Source: Candidatus Bathyarchaeia archaeon (GTDB lineage: Archaea > Thermoproteota > Bathyarchaeia > 40CM-2-53-6). From it: DNA of 64,000 nucleotides. The notes below the pieces were generated by a model. The model had not been told where the DNA came from. It ran no database searches and saw nothing but the letters and a program-made list of their open reading frames with translations. The stretch lies in assembly GCA_049513715.1 (NCBI GenBank), contig JBEKVV010000005.1, positions 96,001 to 160,000 on the forward strand, written 5' to 3'. Below are positions 17,710 to 28,033 of the stretch, piece after piece (position 1 is the first letter of the stretch; each line of letters begins with the position of its first letter). Position numbers and translations under genes: made by a program.

Positions 17710-18981
17710 GTGTTTGCCTTGAAGCATAAAATCCTGATAATCACTCTGCTGATTCTCGCGCTCGCTGTAAGTGGCACTGGAAGATATGTTGTGCCGCCTG
17801 CTCACGCAATTGGCGTGGCAAACGTTGTTGTCACGAACGTATACTGGGGCTCAAACCCAATGAACCCGACAACGGCTCGCCCCGGGGATGTTAACGATCA
17901 AATGTCCGTTGTGCTCTCGAACGTAGGTGATGATGTTGCTAGGGGAGTAAATGCAACGCTCATTCTGGGCCCGCCTCTTACGTACACTTACTCCGTTGAC
18001 GGTGTCGCGTACACCTCGACAACAGTCTGGAAGATCGCGGGCGATATCTCGGCGGGCCAGAGTTTCACACTAACCTACACGGTCAACGTGGACCCGAACG
18101 CGACGGAAGGCATCTACCGCTACAATCTCCAAGTAGCATACAGGTCTGCAAGAGAACTTCAACAAGTCAACACCAGCTTACCGATCGATGTTCCACTCTG
18201 GAATGGAGAGTTACATGTTCAGACCGTCGTGACGGTTCCGACCAAAATCTACCCCGATACCAAACAAGTGGCCCTCAAAGTATTCCTAGCCAACTCAGGC
18301 AAAGGTGCAGCCGAAGACGTTCAACTTCAGCTGGTTCTAACGCGGCCATTCACTGCATCCTCGAGCGGATCCGATAGAATCTACGTTGGAAACATCCCGG
18401 CAGGACAGGTTTCAGAGGCTGACTTCGTGGTTGACGTAGCTACCGATGCACAATTCGGACAATATTCAGTAATCTTAGGCGAGCAATTGGGAAACGGGTT
18501 AATCCCGATCGGGCAGGTACCAATTTACGTCAACGAGAAAGTCACGTTCAAAATTCTGAGTGTTACGCCAAACGTTGTGCATGCAGGTGATTCCGGCATG
18601 GTCATACGAGTTGAGATCTTGAATCAAGGTACAGTCAAAGCGGATTCAGTTAGAGTTCAATTGAGAGTGGGCAACTTCTTTACCGGTACGCTGACCGATT
18701 TTCTCGGAACAATGCTAGCCAACGAAACGAAAGTGGCATCCTTCACAGTCGATGTTGACACCAAGACTCAGCCGGGACAGTACAACCTGGACCTCCAGTT
18801 CGATTGGACACAGGATAACAATGCGCTAGATGACACGATGCCATTGATTTTGACAGTTCAGCCTGCAGGAGTGCCATTCACGCTGGTAATTGTCCTGGTT
18901 GTGCTAGTAATTGCCATTTGTGGCTACATGTTCATGAGACGCCGCAAGGCGAAAGCAGCCCAAGCATCTCCTACCAAATGA
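17710..18981 (+). CDS. COG1361 S-layer-like / Ig-fold surface protein
   Basis: Signal peptide; repeated PG/AGD...N.G...A..V Ig modules; C-terminal TM plus RRRK. Confidence 0.8.
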   Translation: MFALKHKILIITLLILALAVSGTGRYVVPPAHAIGVANVVVTNVYWGSNPMNPTTARPGDVNDQMSVVLSNVGDDVARGVNATLILGPPLTYTYSVDGVAYTSTTVWKIAGDISAGQSFTLTYTVNVDPNATEGIYRYNLQVAYRSARELQQVNTSLPIDVPLWNGELHVQTVVTVPTKIYPDTKQVALKVFLANSGKGAAEDVQLQLVLTRPFTASSSGSDRIYVGNIPAGQVSEADFVVDVATDAQFGQYSVILGEQLGNGLIPIGQVPIYVNEKVTFKILSVTPNVVHAGDSGMVIRVEILNQGTVKADSVRVQLRVGNFFTGTLTDFLGTMLANETKVASFTVDVDTKTQPGQYNLDLQFDWTQDNNALDDTMPLILTVQPAGVPFTLVIVLVVLVIAICGYMFMRRRKAKAAQASPTK

Positions 18982-21900
18982 AATTCGGTCCGACCACGGA
19001 TCGATATGATTCGGAGCATGGACGTTTGGCTCAACGCTGGGCCATCATAGCATTTCTCCTAGCCTTAGCGCTGAGCCTTTCCATTCCGGTATATGCACAC
19101 ACGACCTTAGGGAACCTGACAGGCACTTCCCCGTTCTATCGAACCAACGACCATGAATTGAATCCGACCAACACATTCGGAGCCGCCCACGCACCCGGCC
19201 CTTTGGGCTATGTTTGGCCGGGAAGCGGCTTGGATTCCTATTCCGGAATCTACTCCAATCCACCCGGTTACCAGTCACCATTCACAACATTCGAACAACC
19301 TCTGCAAGAAGCCACGAATTCGTACTCCCCGGAGGGAGCAATTCTAACCTCTACTCCTGACCACGAGAGTGTTGGCGACCTAATCTTTGCTGTGAATTTC
19401 TCCCAACCCCAATCCTTCACGGCACACAACCCCACGGCAAATTTCACATACAGCACTATCGCCATCTACATTCCAGCCCCTGTCTTCGACAAAACTGGCA
19501 CGTTGATCCAAGATGGGTTTGAACCAGCGGGCGGAATAAGCTGGGATGGCAACGAGAACACAAACATAGTCTCCACAATCACCGACAGTTACGCGAACAT
19601 CTTCATCACAAGAGCGGATAGAAACGATCCCTTCAGCCCTGGCTCTTGGCTTCTGTACATAACTGCCCCGAACAACATTACCTTCACAAAAGCGAAGGGA
19701 TATTCAGAGTGGTATTACATCCGCGTAAACCAAATGAAAGCACCTGAAGTCGCGGGCCGATATTTCTTCAAAATGTTTCTCGACAATCACTATCCGGTGC
19801 GCAGGCAGGGAGCAATTCCCACCCTTATCAACAGTACAATGCCGATGGAGAATTGGCCGGTCCTTCTAGTGAAAGGAGAGGCGGACCCATCCATAGTGTA
19901 TGGAACAGTCAGATATGGTGATACAGCAAACAGCACCCTCTATGGTTTGCCACTGAATTTGCCTGGTCGAGTGAGAGCAGTCGGTGTGGCAATAGACCCG
20001 GTAACGGGAGAAAAAACTGGAAGAGGTGTGGAGGCAGATGGGTACTTCAATGCAACCTCACAAGGGCACTTCGAAGTTGAGGGAGTGGCACCAGGCATCT
20101 ATGACATTTACGCGTCAGCTGCAGGTTACCCCGAAAGGAAAGTTGGGGAGGGAATCAAGCTACTTCGAGGTCAGTCGTTCAAGTTAGACGCATACTTGAT
20201 GGTCGGACCGCAGATTAGGGGAGACGTGTTCTCCAAAGAACTATTTGGGTTAACGTCATGGCCAGGGCAGCTACCAATCAGCGTGGTCATTTACGACAGC
20301 AACACCTACGATACCGATAGCATCGTCACCTACTCCCCCACCAACTTGACACAAGCCCCTTACACATCCTATGTTGTAGGCAACACCGCATTTGCAGGAG
20401 ACCAGTTAGCGCCACCAAACGAACCCAGATTAGTGGCCTTTCCGTGGGAAGGACAATTGGGGTATTACTCATTCACGCCACCTCCAACCTTCAAAGACAT
20501 CTTTGGGCTTTTCAACGGCGTTGGACCAGCGCAGTCATGGTGGGTTGACCCACAAAGCTCGTTGGCCCCGCCGATGTTCCTGGGATCCACGGCAAACGAA
20601 TTCGTCTTCCAATTCGGCCAAAAGAGCATCTACGGAGCCCCCACAAAATTCTCCGGAATGGTGCCGCAAGTATTCGCGACTTGGACGGACAGTATGACCC
20701 CAGGCGTCTACTATCTTCGCGTCTTTCTGAATGGTTACGTGCAGACCAACAATGACGGAACGCGCTTCGTCGACTATTCATTCCAGATTACCGGATCAGG
20801 CTACGCCCAGAACGTGTACATACCAATTGATCTGTGGCATTCATGCGGCATTAACGTGACCGTTCACTTTCAAGATCTACCAGGAACGTTGCAGGAGGCT
20901 CCAATCCAGGGTCCCGACCCGCGAAGATTCTTGATCGCGGAAGCCTTTGGAAGCGATGGAAACTTGGCAGCGTTCAACTTCACTCAGGTTTCTTCTTCAA
21001 GCAGCGAAGCCTCCATCCGACTGAACGGTTTCGGTATGGCGGGACCGACCTTGCCGCCAGACCCACGCGCGTCCATCAAATATTCTCTTGCCAGATATCG
21101 AGGCATCTTCGATTATGGTTTACCCACAGACACATACGCGATCCATCTCTTCATGCGCGGTTACATCCAAGCTCTACCCCCCGCCACGGCGCTCAATGAA
21201 TTGGATCAGCCCTTAATTGCCACAATCTCAATCGGTTCCTGCGTGGCCCTGTTGAGCACTCACATGTACAGAGGGGGGAGCATCAATACAACGGTGTATT
21301 CAATTGATTGGGAACGACCCCCCACGCCCAAGAATTGGGTGTGGCACAACGCCCCAGTCAGCGTTCTCGTGTACGATATTTCCTCGAAAGCGTTCGTGGA
21401 CGTTGTCTACTTTTGGAATGCGAACATAAACCAGTGGACGATTCCTAATCAGAATTCCAACTTCCAGTCCTTGCCGTGGCCGACATGGCATACAGAGTTT
21501 GGTGCTGGGGCTAGTCTAATCACCACTAATGGTTCAACTACCGCCGACAGATTCGGCCCTGACCTCCCGAACTTCCCTTCATTGGATATATCACAGGACG
21601 TGGCTACGCCCGTGTTTTTGCAGGAGAACTTTCAATCCGGATTCCTTTGGAGCTCCAGCACGTATAGGACATCTACGTTTCGTTCGAATCTTGCAATTTA
21701 CCCCGGAGTGTACGCACTTAACGTCTGGACGTATGGTTACGTTCAGGATGATGTGGCCGCCCTCGGCGATTTAGGAGACGTGGATGTTTCAATAGCCTCG
21801 TTGGGCTCGCAAGCAGACTCCAATCTTCGAGCAATGGTCGGCGTGAATTTCACAATTCGGATGGTGTTCAAGACGGAACATATCTTCGCTGGAATTCCTT

Positions 21901-22793
21901 ACAACTCCTCAATCAGAATCCGAGTATACGATAACGGCGACACTCTGATAGCGGCAGCTTCTATTTTCTCTGATGCTGGAACCCTGGTTTCTTCCTCCCA
22001 AGCGGGATTCTTTGCTGACGGGACGAAACTATTCAATCACCCGATCCCAGCTGGAACCCAGACCCTAGAGTACCGTGACCTGGCAGGGTTATTTGACTAT
22101 GTCGAGGCGGGTGGGCAAAATGTCCGCGCCGCTTCCCTGTTTTCTCCTGACCATGGTGTTTGGGGCAGGTCACAACACCCAGGTGCGTATTCAGGCGACT
22201 GGTCGGTGATGGTTGATTTGGTGAACTGGTACCCTTCGACCACAACCTACTACCCCCCCGTACCCGCCCTCTTGCAAGGTGAATCACCGTACTTCTACCC
22301 ATACAACCACCTAGGACCTTACCGACAGAATTCTTACACTAGGATACCGAATGTTGCCCAAGGTGGTGAGGGGTCTGTTGAATTTGAGCTTGACCGGAGA
22401 GGGTACATTCAAGGCACCGTTCTAGGAATGAATTGGGTCAACGATGTCAGAACGATGAGTTGGACTACAATTCAGTTGACTTCTGGCTCCACTCAGTATT
22501 ATTGGTACACGTGGGACGGATGGTTTGATGGCTATCTTGACCCCGGCCAATACCATGCAACCGTCGTTGAATGGACGAACCGCGCCGAGGCGCATAAGAC
22601 GGCTGGCTACGAGCTGGCCGTAACCGAAGGACAAGCTAACACTGCCATGTCGTTCACACTTGAGGAGACGGAAATCCCGATTCCGGAACTGTCAGCGACC
22701 CTGCCCATCATATTGCTAGCACTGACTGCCTCCCTTGCAGTTCTTAGCTCACAACGTTTCAAAAGGAACGCGCAATCGGAATCGGGCGGCTGA
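18978..22793 (+). CDS. Giant (~1270 aa) secreted surface protein with PEF-like C-terminal anchor
   Basis: ATGA overlap with upstream stop; signal peptide ending VYA; GHFEVEGVAPGIYDIYASAAGY (carboxypeptidase-regulatory-like module); IPIPEL, TM, basic tail. Confidence 0.8.
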   Translation: MKFGPTTDRYDSEHGRLAQRWAIIAFLLALALSLSIPVYAHTTLGNLTGTSPFYRTNDHELNPTNTFGAAHAPGPLGYVWPGSGLDSYSGIYSNPPGYQSPFTTFEQPLQEATNSYSPEGAILTSTPDHESVGDLIFAVNFSQPQSFTAHNPTANFTYSTIAIYIPAPVFDKTGTLIQDGFEPAGGISWDGNENTNIVSTITDSYANIFITRADRNDPFSPGSWLLYITAPNNITFTKAKGYSEWYYIRVNQMKAPEVAGRYFFKMFLDNHYPVRRQGAIPTLINSTMPMENWPVLLVKGEADPSIVYGTVRYGDTANSTLYGLPLNLPGRVRAVGVAIDPVTGEKTGRGVEADGYFNATSQGHFEVEGVAPGIYDIYASAAGYPERKVGEGIKLLRGQSFKLDAYLMVGPQIRGDVFSKELFGLTSWPGQLPISVVIYDSNTYDTDSIVTYSPTNLTQAPYTSYVVGNTAFAGDQLAPPNEPRLVAFPWEGQLGYYSFTPPPTFKDIFGLFNGVGPAQSWWVDPQSSLAPPMFLGSTANEFVFQFGQKSIYGAPTKFSGMVPQVFATWTDSMTPGVYYLRVFLNGYVQTNNDGTRFVDYSFQITGSGYAQNVYIPIDLWHSCGINVTVHFQDLPGTLQEAPIQGPDPRRFLIAEAFGSDGNLAAFNFTQVSSSSSEASIRLNGFGMAGPTLPPDPRASIKYSLARYRGIFDYGLPTDTYAIHLFMRGYIQALPPATALNELDQPLIATISIGSCVALLSTHMYRGGSINTTVYSIDWERPPTPKNWVWHNAPVSVLVYDISSKAFVDVVYFWNANINQWTIPNQNSNFQSLPWPTWHTEFGAGASLITTNGSTTADRFGPDLPNFPSLDISQDVATPVFLQENFQSGFLWSSSTYRTSTFRSNLAIYPGVYALNVWTYGYVQDDVAALGDLGDVDVSIASLGSQADSNLRAMVGVNFTIRMVFKTEHIFAGIPYNSSIRIRVYDNGDTLIAAASIFSDAGTLVSSSQAGFFADGTKLFNHPIPAGTQTLEYRDLAGLFDYVEAGGQNVRAASLFSPDHGVWGRSQHPGAYSGDWSVMVDLVNWYPSTTTYYPPVPALLQGESPYFYPYNHLGPYRQNSYTRIPNVAQGGEGSVEFELDRRGYIQGTVLGMNWVNDVRTMSWTTIQLTSGSTQYYWYTWDGWFDGYLDPGQYHATVVEWTNRAEAHKTAGYELAVTEGQANTAMSFTLEETEIPIPELSATLPIILLALTASLAVLSSQRFKRNAQSESGG

Positions 22794-22796
22794 TTC

Positions 22797-23936
22797 TTAC
22801 ATTGTCCTCTTCGAAAGCATGATTGCGATGGGTAGCAGTATCATACTGCTCATGAACAGTATGAGGAGATCGCCGGCTATCGCGTTCAAACCCAACCCCA
22901 AGTAAATCACTCTTCTCAACGCTTCATTGCCATAAGTCCAAGGTAAGCTGTACGCTATTGCTCTGCCCCCTGACGCGAGCAATAGTGGCGAGTTTGTTGT
23001 TCCAGCGAGACTAAAGAGTGGGAAAGTCATAGCTATCTCTAGGATTGTGAGCGTGGATGAACCTCGAATCCGCGCTGACATCACCAACCCGAGTGACAGT
23101 GTGAAGACTGCGATAAGCGAAGTCGTCAGATAGACGAGCAAAATGTTGCCACGAACTGCGAGCCCCATCAATGCGAAGATGATTAGCATAAGCGAGGTAC
23201 GAAGCGCAGTCAATAGCACTGTGGCGAACATTTTACCAGAATAGACGGAGAGGATGTTCACTGGGCTGAGCAGCAGCCGAGGAAAAGTACCCCGTTCCCT
23301 CTCACGAGTGATAGCATTCACAATATCGTCAAACGCTCCAAGAATAGTAATCATCCCCAAGAAACCCGGCAAGATTGAGTCCCCGCTAGGCGGCCGGCCC
23401 GAGATTGGTCGAACTATTACGTTGACAGTTGCTTGCTTGACGCCGAACTGCGCACCAGCCGAAGACAGCAAATCCTGTGCGTCGCGGTTCACCGCAGCCT
23501 GAATCAGTGTGGGTGCAGTAATCTTCGAATTATCAGTTTGGATAATGACGAAAGCTTTGCCTGTAGCGAGCGCGCTACCAAATCCCTTCGGAATCACCAC
23601 AGCTCCCAATACATCTCCCGCTTCAACGCGAGAAAAGGCCTGCTCTTCCGTAGGCACAAATTCGGTGACACGAATAATCGATGATGTGGCCATCTTGTCA
23701 ACGAGAATCTTCGATGCTGATGAACCGTCCAAGTCCGCGACTACGACAGGTATGTTGAAACTGGGCGCGCTAAATGCGGCCACAATGACTATGAAAATCC
23801 CGATCAAAAGAATCGGAAACATGAACGTGAGGATCAACGAGACCGGGTCGCGGCCAAGCTGCTTCAACTCCTTTACTGTAATCGCAAATGAGTCGCCGAC
23901 CAATCGCTTCAAAATGCTAGCCTCTCCCGCGACCAA
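22797..23936 (-). CDS. ABC-2 permease with extracellular loop
   Basis: KELKQLGRDP, IPVVVADLD, RERERGTFPRLLLSP. Confidence 0.9.
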   Translation of the reverse strand: MVAGEASILKRLVGDSFAITVKELKQLGRDPVSLILTFMFPILLIGIFIVIVAAFSAPSFNIPVVVADLDGSSASKILVDKMATSSIIRVTEFVPTEEQAFSRVEAGDVLGAVVIPKGFGSALATGKAFVIIQTDNSKITAPTLIQAAVNRDAQDLLSSAGAQFGVKQATVNVIVRPISGRPPSGDSILPGFLGMITILGAFDDIVNAITRERERGTFPRLLLSPVNILSVYSGKMFATVLLTALRTSLMLIIFALMGLAVRGNILLVYLTTSLIAVFTLSLGLVMSARIRGSSTLTILEIAMTFPLFSLAGTTNSPLLLASGGRAIAYSLPWTYGNEALRRVIYLGLGLNAIAGDLLILFMSSMILLPIAIMLSKRTM

Positions 23937-25063
23937 ACGAAAAGGCCATACGCAAGCGCGTAGAAACCAAACGTCGCGCCTATCAAATAGGTCAAGTCGA
24001 ACGTCAGGCTTAGCAAAGGTCTACCGATGAGAACTGTACGCCGAAGCGTTTCGAACCCGTAAGCCCACGGTAGAAGGGTGGCGATAGTCTGCGAAACCCC
24101 TCTCAAGAGTTCCTTGTCAATGATGAGGCCGCTGAAAGCGAACAGAAAGAGAACCAGGAAAAACTCCACAATAACAACAGCCCTCGTACCCACCCTCAAA
24201 GCTGAAACCAAGAAACCGAAACCCATAGTCAAGAAAGCTATCAGAAGCGAAACCACGAGAAGCGTGCCGAAATCTGTTCTCGGGTTCGCCCCGTACAAAT
24301 ATACGGATATCCCCAGAACTATGAACGTACGAACCGTACCCAAGACTGCATCGAACAAAGACTTCCCAAACACAATCGAGGTAATGCCCGCTGGGCTGAC
24401 CAGCAAACGAGCGAATGTTCCTTCCTCCCGTTCCCTAGACATCCCACCGGCAATTTCATAGAACGTTGCGAAGATTTGTACGACGCCGAGAACTACTACC
24501 AGCCCGATGTTGAATCCTGAGAATATCGCTCCTTTCTGTATGATTTCCACAGAAGCGAGCGCTGTGTTTTGCGCCGAGTTTACCTCGATATTAGGGTTGA
24601 AGTTTTGCACATCACCCTTGAGCGTTGTGGCCACTTGGTCTGAAATGCCTGGTTCTCCATCGTCTGTGTAGAGCACTAGCTGCGCGGTTTGACTACCTGA
24701 CAGATCATTCTGGAAGCCCTTCGGAACGACTATAACAGCGTAGATTCGCCCCGTCCCCAATTGGGATACTGCATTGTCTTCTTGGTAACCAAGGAGAAGT
24801 TGGTTGAAGTCCCCTGAGCTCACGAGACTCTGGAGCAGTTGGCTTGAATCTATTGTAAGGTCGTTGTCAACGAAAGCCATTGGGACGTTGGCGGTGGGTG
24901 AGAAATGTGTGCCTGCCCCTCCTTGCCCAGCGCCGAGGCTCACAGTGAAGAACAATGGCAGAACGACAAGTGATATGAGAATCGCGGTGCGATTTCGCCG
25001 AAACTGCCGAAACTCATTCCCCGCGACTGCGATTACGTCATTGAGGAACTTCAGTTTCGACAT
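23909..25063 (-). CDS. ABC-2 permease with extracellular loop
   Basis: NEFRQFRRN, VPMAFVDND, REREEGTFARLLVSP. Confidence 0.9.
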   Translation of the reverse strand: MSKLKFLNDVIAVAGNEFRQFRRNRTAILISLVVLPLFFTVSLGAGQGGAGTHFSPTANVPMAFVDNDLTIDSSQLLQSLVSSGDFNQLLLGYQEDNAVSQLGTGRIYAVIVVPKGFQNDLSGSQTAQLVLYTDDGEPGISDQVATTLKGDVQNFNPNIEVNSAQNTALASVEIIQKGAIFSGFNIGLVVVLGVVQIFATFYEIAGGMSREREEGTFARLLVSPAGITSIVFGKSLFDAVLGTVRTFIVLGISVYLYGANPRTDFGTLLVVSLLIAFLTMGFGFLVSALRVGTRAVVIVEFFLVLFLFAFSGLIIDKELLRGVSQTIATLLPWAYGFETLRRTVLIGRPLLSLTFDLTYLIGATFGFYALAYGLFVWSRERLAF

Positions 25064-25112
25064 TACTGACCACTATTCAGTTGGAGTCGTTTCATCTATT
25101 GGTGGCGCAAGT

Positions 25113-26087
25113 TCATTTTTTCTTGGTTGCGGATTCAAGGAATCGGTCAATCTCCTCCTCGCCACCTGTTAAGGAGATGAAAGCTTCCTCGAGAGTTGGC
25201 TCTCGAGTGTTAACACTCTTGATCTTCGCGCCAGAATCGAACAATGCCTTCAGGACTTTCTCGGCTAGTTCCTCTTGGTGTTCGCATGTCACGCGAAGGA
25301 TGGGGTTGTCATAAGTCACCCTGCATACGTTACCGATGTTGTGAATCTTCTGGACTTGAGAACTCGAGAGGTCGGGCGTTTCCACCTCTACCGTGTTAAG
25401 TTCATTGACGCTGTGCTTCAATTCAGCAGGCGTGCCTACTTTAACAACTCTACCGGCGAACACAACTCCGACGCGGTCACATATCTTGTCAGGTTCCCCC
25501 ATATAGTGTGTCGTCCAGACAACGGTCACGCCTTGATCACAGAGTTTCCGGGTGAAATCTTGAAGGGCTATTGCAGATTGGGGATCGAGCCCTGACGTGA
25601 CTTCGTCGAGAAACAGGACCTTGGGGCTGTGGAGGAGCGCAGCGCAGATCTGGGCCTTCTTGGCCCAGCCAGATGACAAGGCTCCTACTTGGCGGGAGGC
25701 CTTTTCGCGAAAGCCGAACATGTCCATAAGCTCCCGTATCCGACTTTCCGCGGCTCTCTTTGGAATATCATATAGGGTGCTGAAGAGTTTCAGGTTCTCT
25801 TCAATCGTCAAATCCTTGTACAGCGAAACACCTTCGGAAACAACCCCAATTTGACGCCTGACCTCCGAGGCCTGTTCTCGGATATCAAATCCGGCGACGC
25901 TTGCTGTCCCATAGGTCGGTTCTATTAGAGTGCAAAGCAAGCGCACTGTAGTTGTCTTACCGGCTCCGTTGGGGCCTAGGAGGCCGAAGAGTTCCCCCGC
26001 TTTTATGTTGAGGTTGAGTCCATCAACGGCAGTGAAATGTCCGAAAACCTTGGTCAGGGCTTTAGTCTCTATTGCATCTTCAGCCAT
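25113..26087 (-). CDS. ABC-2-type ATP-binding protein with atypical signature
   Basis: GPNGAGKTT, signature LSSGW, LFLDEVT, TTH. Confidence 0.93.
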   Translation of the reverse strand: MAEDAIETKALTKVFGHFTAVDGLNLNIKAGELFGLLGPNGAGKTTTVRLLCTLIEPTYGTASVAGFDIREQASEVRRQIGVVSEGVSLYKDLTIEENLKLFSTLYDIPKRAAESRIRELMDMFGFREKASRQVGALSSGWAKKAQICAALLHSPKVLFLDEVTSGLDPQSAIALQDFTRKLCDQGVTVVWTTHYMGEPDKICDRVGVVFAGRVVKVGTPAELKHSVNELNTVEVETPDLSSSQVQKIHNIGNVCRVTYDNPILRVTCEHQEELAEKVLKALFDSGAKIKSVNTREPTLEEAFISLTGGEEEIDRFLESATKKK

Positions 26088-26162
26088 TTTGCGCTCACAC
26101 AATCACTGTTCGCGAATTCGGTCTGGCAACTAAAGAGGGTTTTGCGCTGGTCGCATGGCCTG

Positions 26163-26708
26163 TCATGTAGGATGCCACGGCATCTCTGCTTTTCCTTCGC
26201 GGTGGTTGGCGGTCCTTGCGAGGACGAATAGCAGGTCTGACAACCGATTGATGTAGGGAACCATGAAGTCGTTAACTTTTTCAACTTTTCCTAGTGTTAT
26301 GATTCGCCTTTCAGCTCGCCTTGCCACTGTCCGTGAGAAATGAAGAATTGCCCCTGCTTGGCCGCCCCCTGGGTGTATGAAGGCCTTGAGCGGAGGCAGC
26401 TCTTCCTGCAACTTGTCGATGGTTCTTTCCATTTCATCGATTTCGTGTTGGGTGATTCTTGGAACCTCTCTCTGGCCTTCTCGGCTTGAGGCGAGGTCTG
26501 CGCCAGCCACGAAGAGACCCTTCTGTAGGCTTTCCAACAGTGAGTCCAGTTCCTTGTCCTTCAGAAAAGCTCTGGCCATCCCTAGGATGGAGTTCAATTC
26601 GTCCACATCACCGTATGCTTCAACACGGAGGGAATCCTTTGCTACGCGAACACCGCCCAGCAGGCCAGTCTCCCCTTTGTCCCCTGTTCGGGTGTATATT
26701 CTCGCCAA
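26163..26708 (-). CDS. pduO: PduO-type cob(I)alamin adenosyltransferase
   Basis: IYTRTGDKGET, AYGDVDELNS, RTVARRAER, YINRLSDLLF; start moved to TTG 26708. Confidence 0.93.
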   Translation of the reverse strand: MARIYTRTGDKGETGLLGGVRVAKDSLRVEAYGDVDELNSILGMARAFLKDKELDSLLESLQKGLFVAGADLASSREGQREVPRITQHEIDEMERTIDKLQEELPPLKAFIHPGGGQAGAILHFSRTVARRAERRIITLGKVEKVNDFMVPYINRLSDLLFVLARTANHREGKAEMPWHPT

Positions 26709-26777
26709 ATCGGGATACACAGGACCAAAGGTGCAGGACAGAAATTTAGATGCGTTGGTATGTACTAAGAAGGATAG

Positions 26778-27665
26778 ATGTTCTTGAAGATCGGAGTTCT
26801 CTTGGACGAGCCGAAAATCATACCTGGGTTCGACTACATCTTCTATGAGGCCAAACCTTCGAGCGGGCGACTTCTCCCACCCCTCCCAAAAGCATGGAAC
26901 GTCATCAATTGCTTCGCGGACAACACCATCTCGCAAACTAGACCGGAGCTGATTGCTACCTCCAAAGGGGAAAGAGCTGTCAGAGGTACGCCGCGACGTT
27001 TTCTGTGGGATTGGATTTGCCCCAGCAGAATCGAATACCGAGATTATTGTCGGAGAACAATCCAGGAAATTGCACAGCACGACGTCGCCGGCGTAAGGCT
27101 GGATAGCGTTTGCTTCCCGCGCGAGGGCTACTGCGACTGCCGAATCTGTGGAGATTCAATGAAAGAGAGCGGAAAGGATCCTGTGGAGTGGAGGGTTAAC
27201 CAGATTGAGTCTTTCGTGCACGATGTTCGACGGTCAATCAACTGCCCCTTGGGCCTAACCATAGAACCAGATCCATGTTGCGGAAAGGAAAGATTCGGAC
27301 TGAACCTAGAAACGGTTTCCCGATACGTGGATTACATTTCAACGCCACTCTACATGGACTATTCGATTGTCTACTGGCTTGACATCATAGCCAATTGTTT
27401 CAGGCATAGGCTGAGCAAGCTGAGCAAACCATACTTCATCGAGTTATACGCTGGGCATCCCAGGGCTCCGACGAAGTACTTGGTTTCCGCATTGGCCATT
27501 GCTTCTGGGTACGCGGATTGTGTGATTCTCTCAACCTACGAATCTAGCATTGCTGAGGAGTTGAAACAGGAAATGGTCCAGAACGACGAAACCTGGAAGT
27601 TCTTTGAAGAGCGGAAATGCACAAACATGCTTGACATTCTGAAGCGTTGGCAAAAAGAATGGTGA
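26778..27665 (+). CDS. Putative glycoside-hydrolase-like TIM-barrel protein with Cys cluster
   Basis: WICPS...GVRLDSVCFP...YCDCRIC...YVDYISTPLY pattern; no signal peptide. Confidence 0.55.
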   Translation: MFLKIGVLLDEPKIIPGFDYIFYEAKPSSGRLLPPLPKAWNVINCFADNTISQTRPELIATSKGERAVRGTPRRFLWDWICPSRIEYRDYCRRTIQEIAQHDVAGVRLDSVCFPREGYCDCRICGDSMKESGKDPVEWRVNQIESFVHDVRRSINCPLGLTIEPDPCCGKERFGLNLETVSRYVDYISTPLYMDYSIVYWLDIIANCFRHRLSKLSKPYFIELYAGHPRAPTKYLVSALAIASGYADCVILSTYESSIAEELKQEMVQNDETWKFFEERKCTNMLDILKRWQKEW

Positions 27666-27851
27666 ATAGGTAACGTCAAGTTCTCGTCTGCTGCGATGAT
27701 TTTGTGTTGGTGTCAAAATCCGTCTGCTGCTCGTGTTATGTTTGGTCGGTGGAAATGTTGCCAATTCTTGGATATCATGGATATGCCGCTACCTCAAACG
27801 GAAGTGCCTATAGAGCGGGTTCTGAGTACCAGTAGATCGTGGTGATACTGT

Positions 27852-28025
27852 ATGAAATGTCGGGTTACGTGGTCAGAAGGAGAAGGAGTCAATGCGATAG
27901 AGTACACGCAAGGATACGAAAGTCGAACTGCAACGACCGTTCAGCAAATACCTTCACAGTTCCTACGAGACTTAGCGTCAACCAACAAGCCTAGAGTGTT
28001 ACGAGTAGAGTTATTGGAATACTGA
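27852..28025 (+). CDS. 57-aa hypothetical protein convergent with the transposase remnant
   Basis: GGTGAT RBS at 27841, then MKCRVTWSEGEG...RVELLEY*; absent from ORF track. Confidence 0.5.
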   Translation: MKCRVTWSEGEGVNAIEYTQGYESRTATTVQQIPSQFLRDLASTNKPRVLRVELLEY

Positions 28026-28033
28026 CTGTCAAC

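Noticed and set aside
26709..27080. N-terminal extension of PduO in the ORF track
   Set aside because: Overlaps the opposite-strand 295-aa gene; family similarity starts at IYTRTGD.
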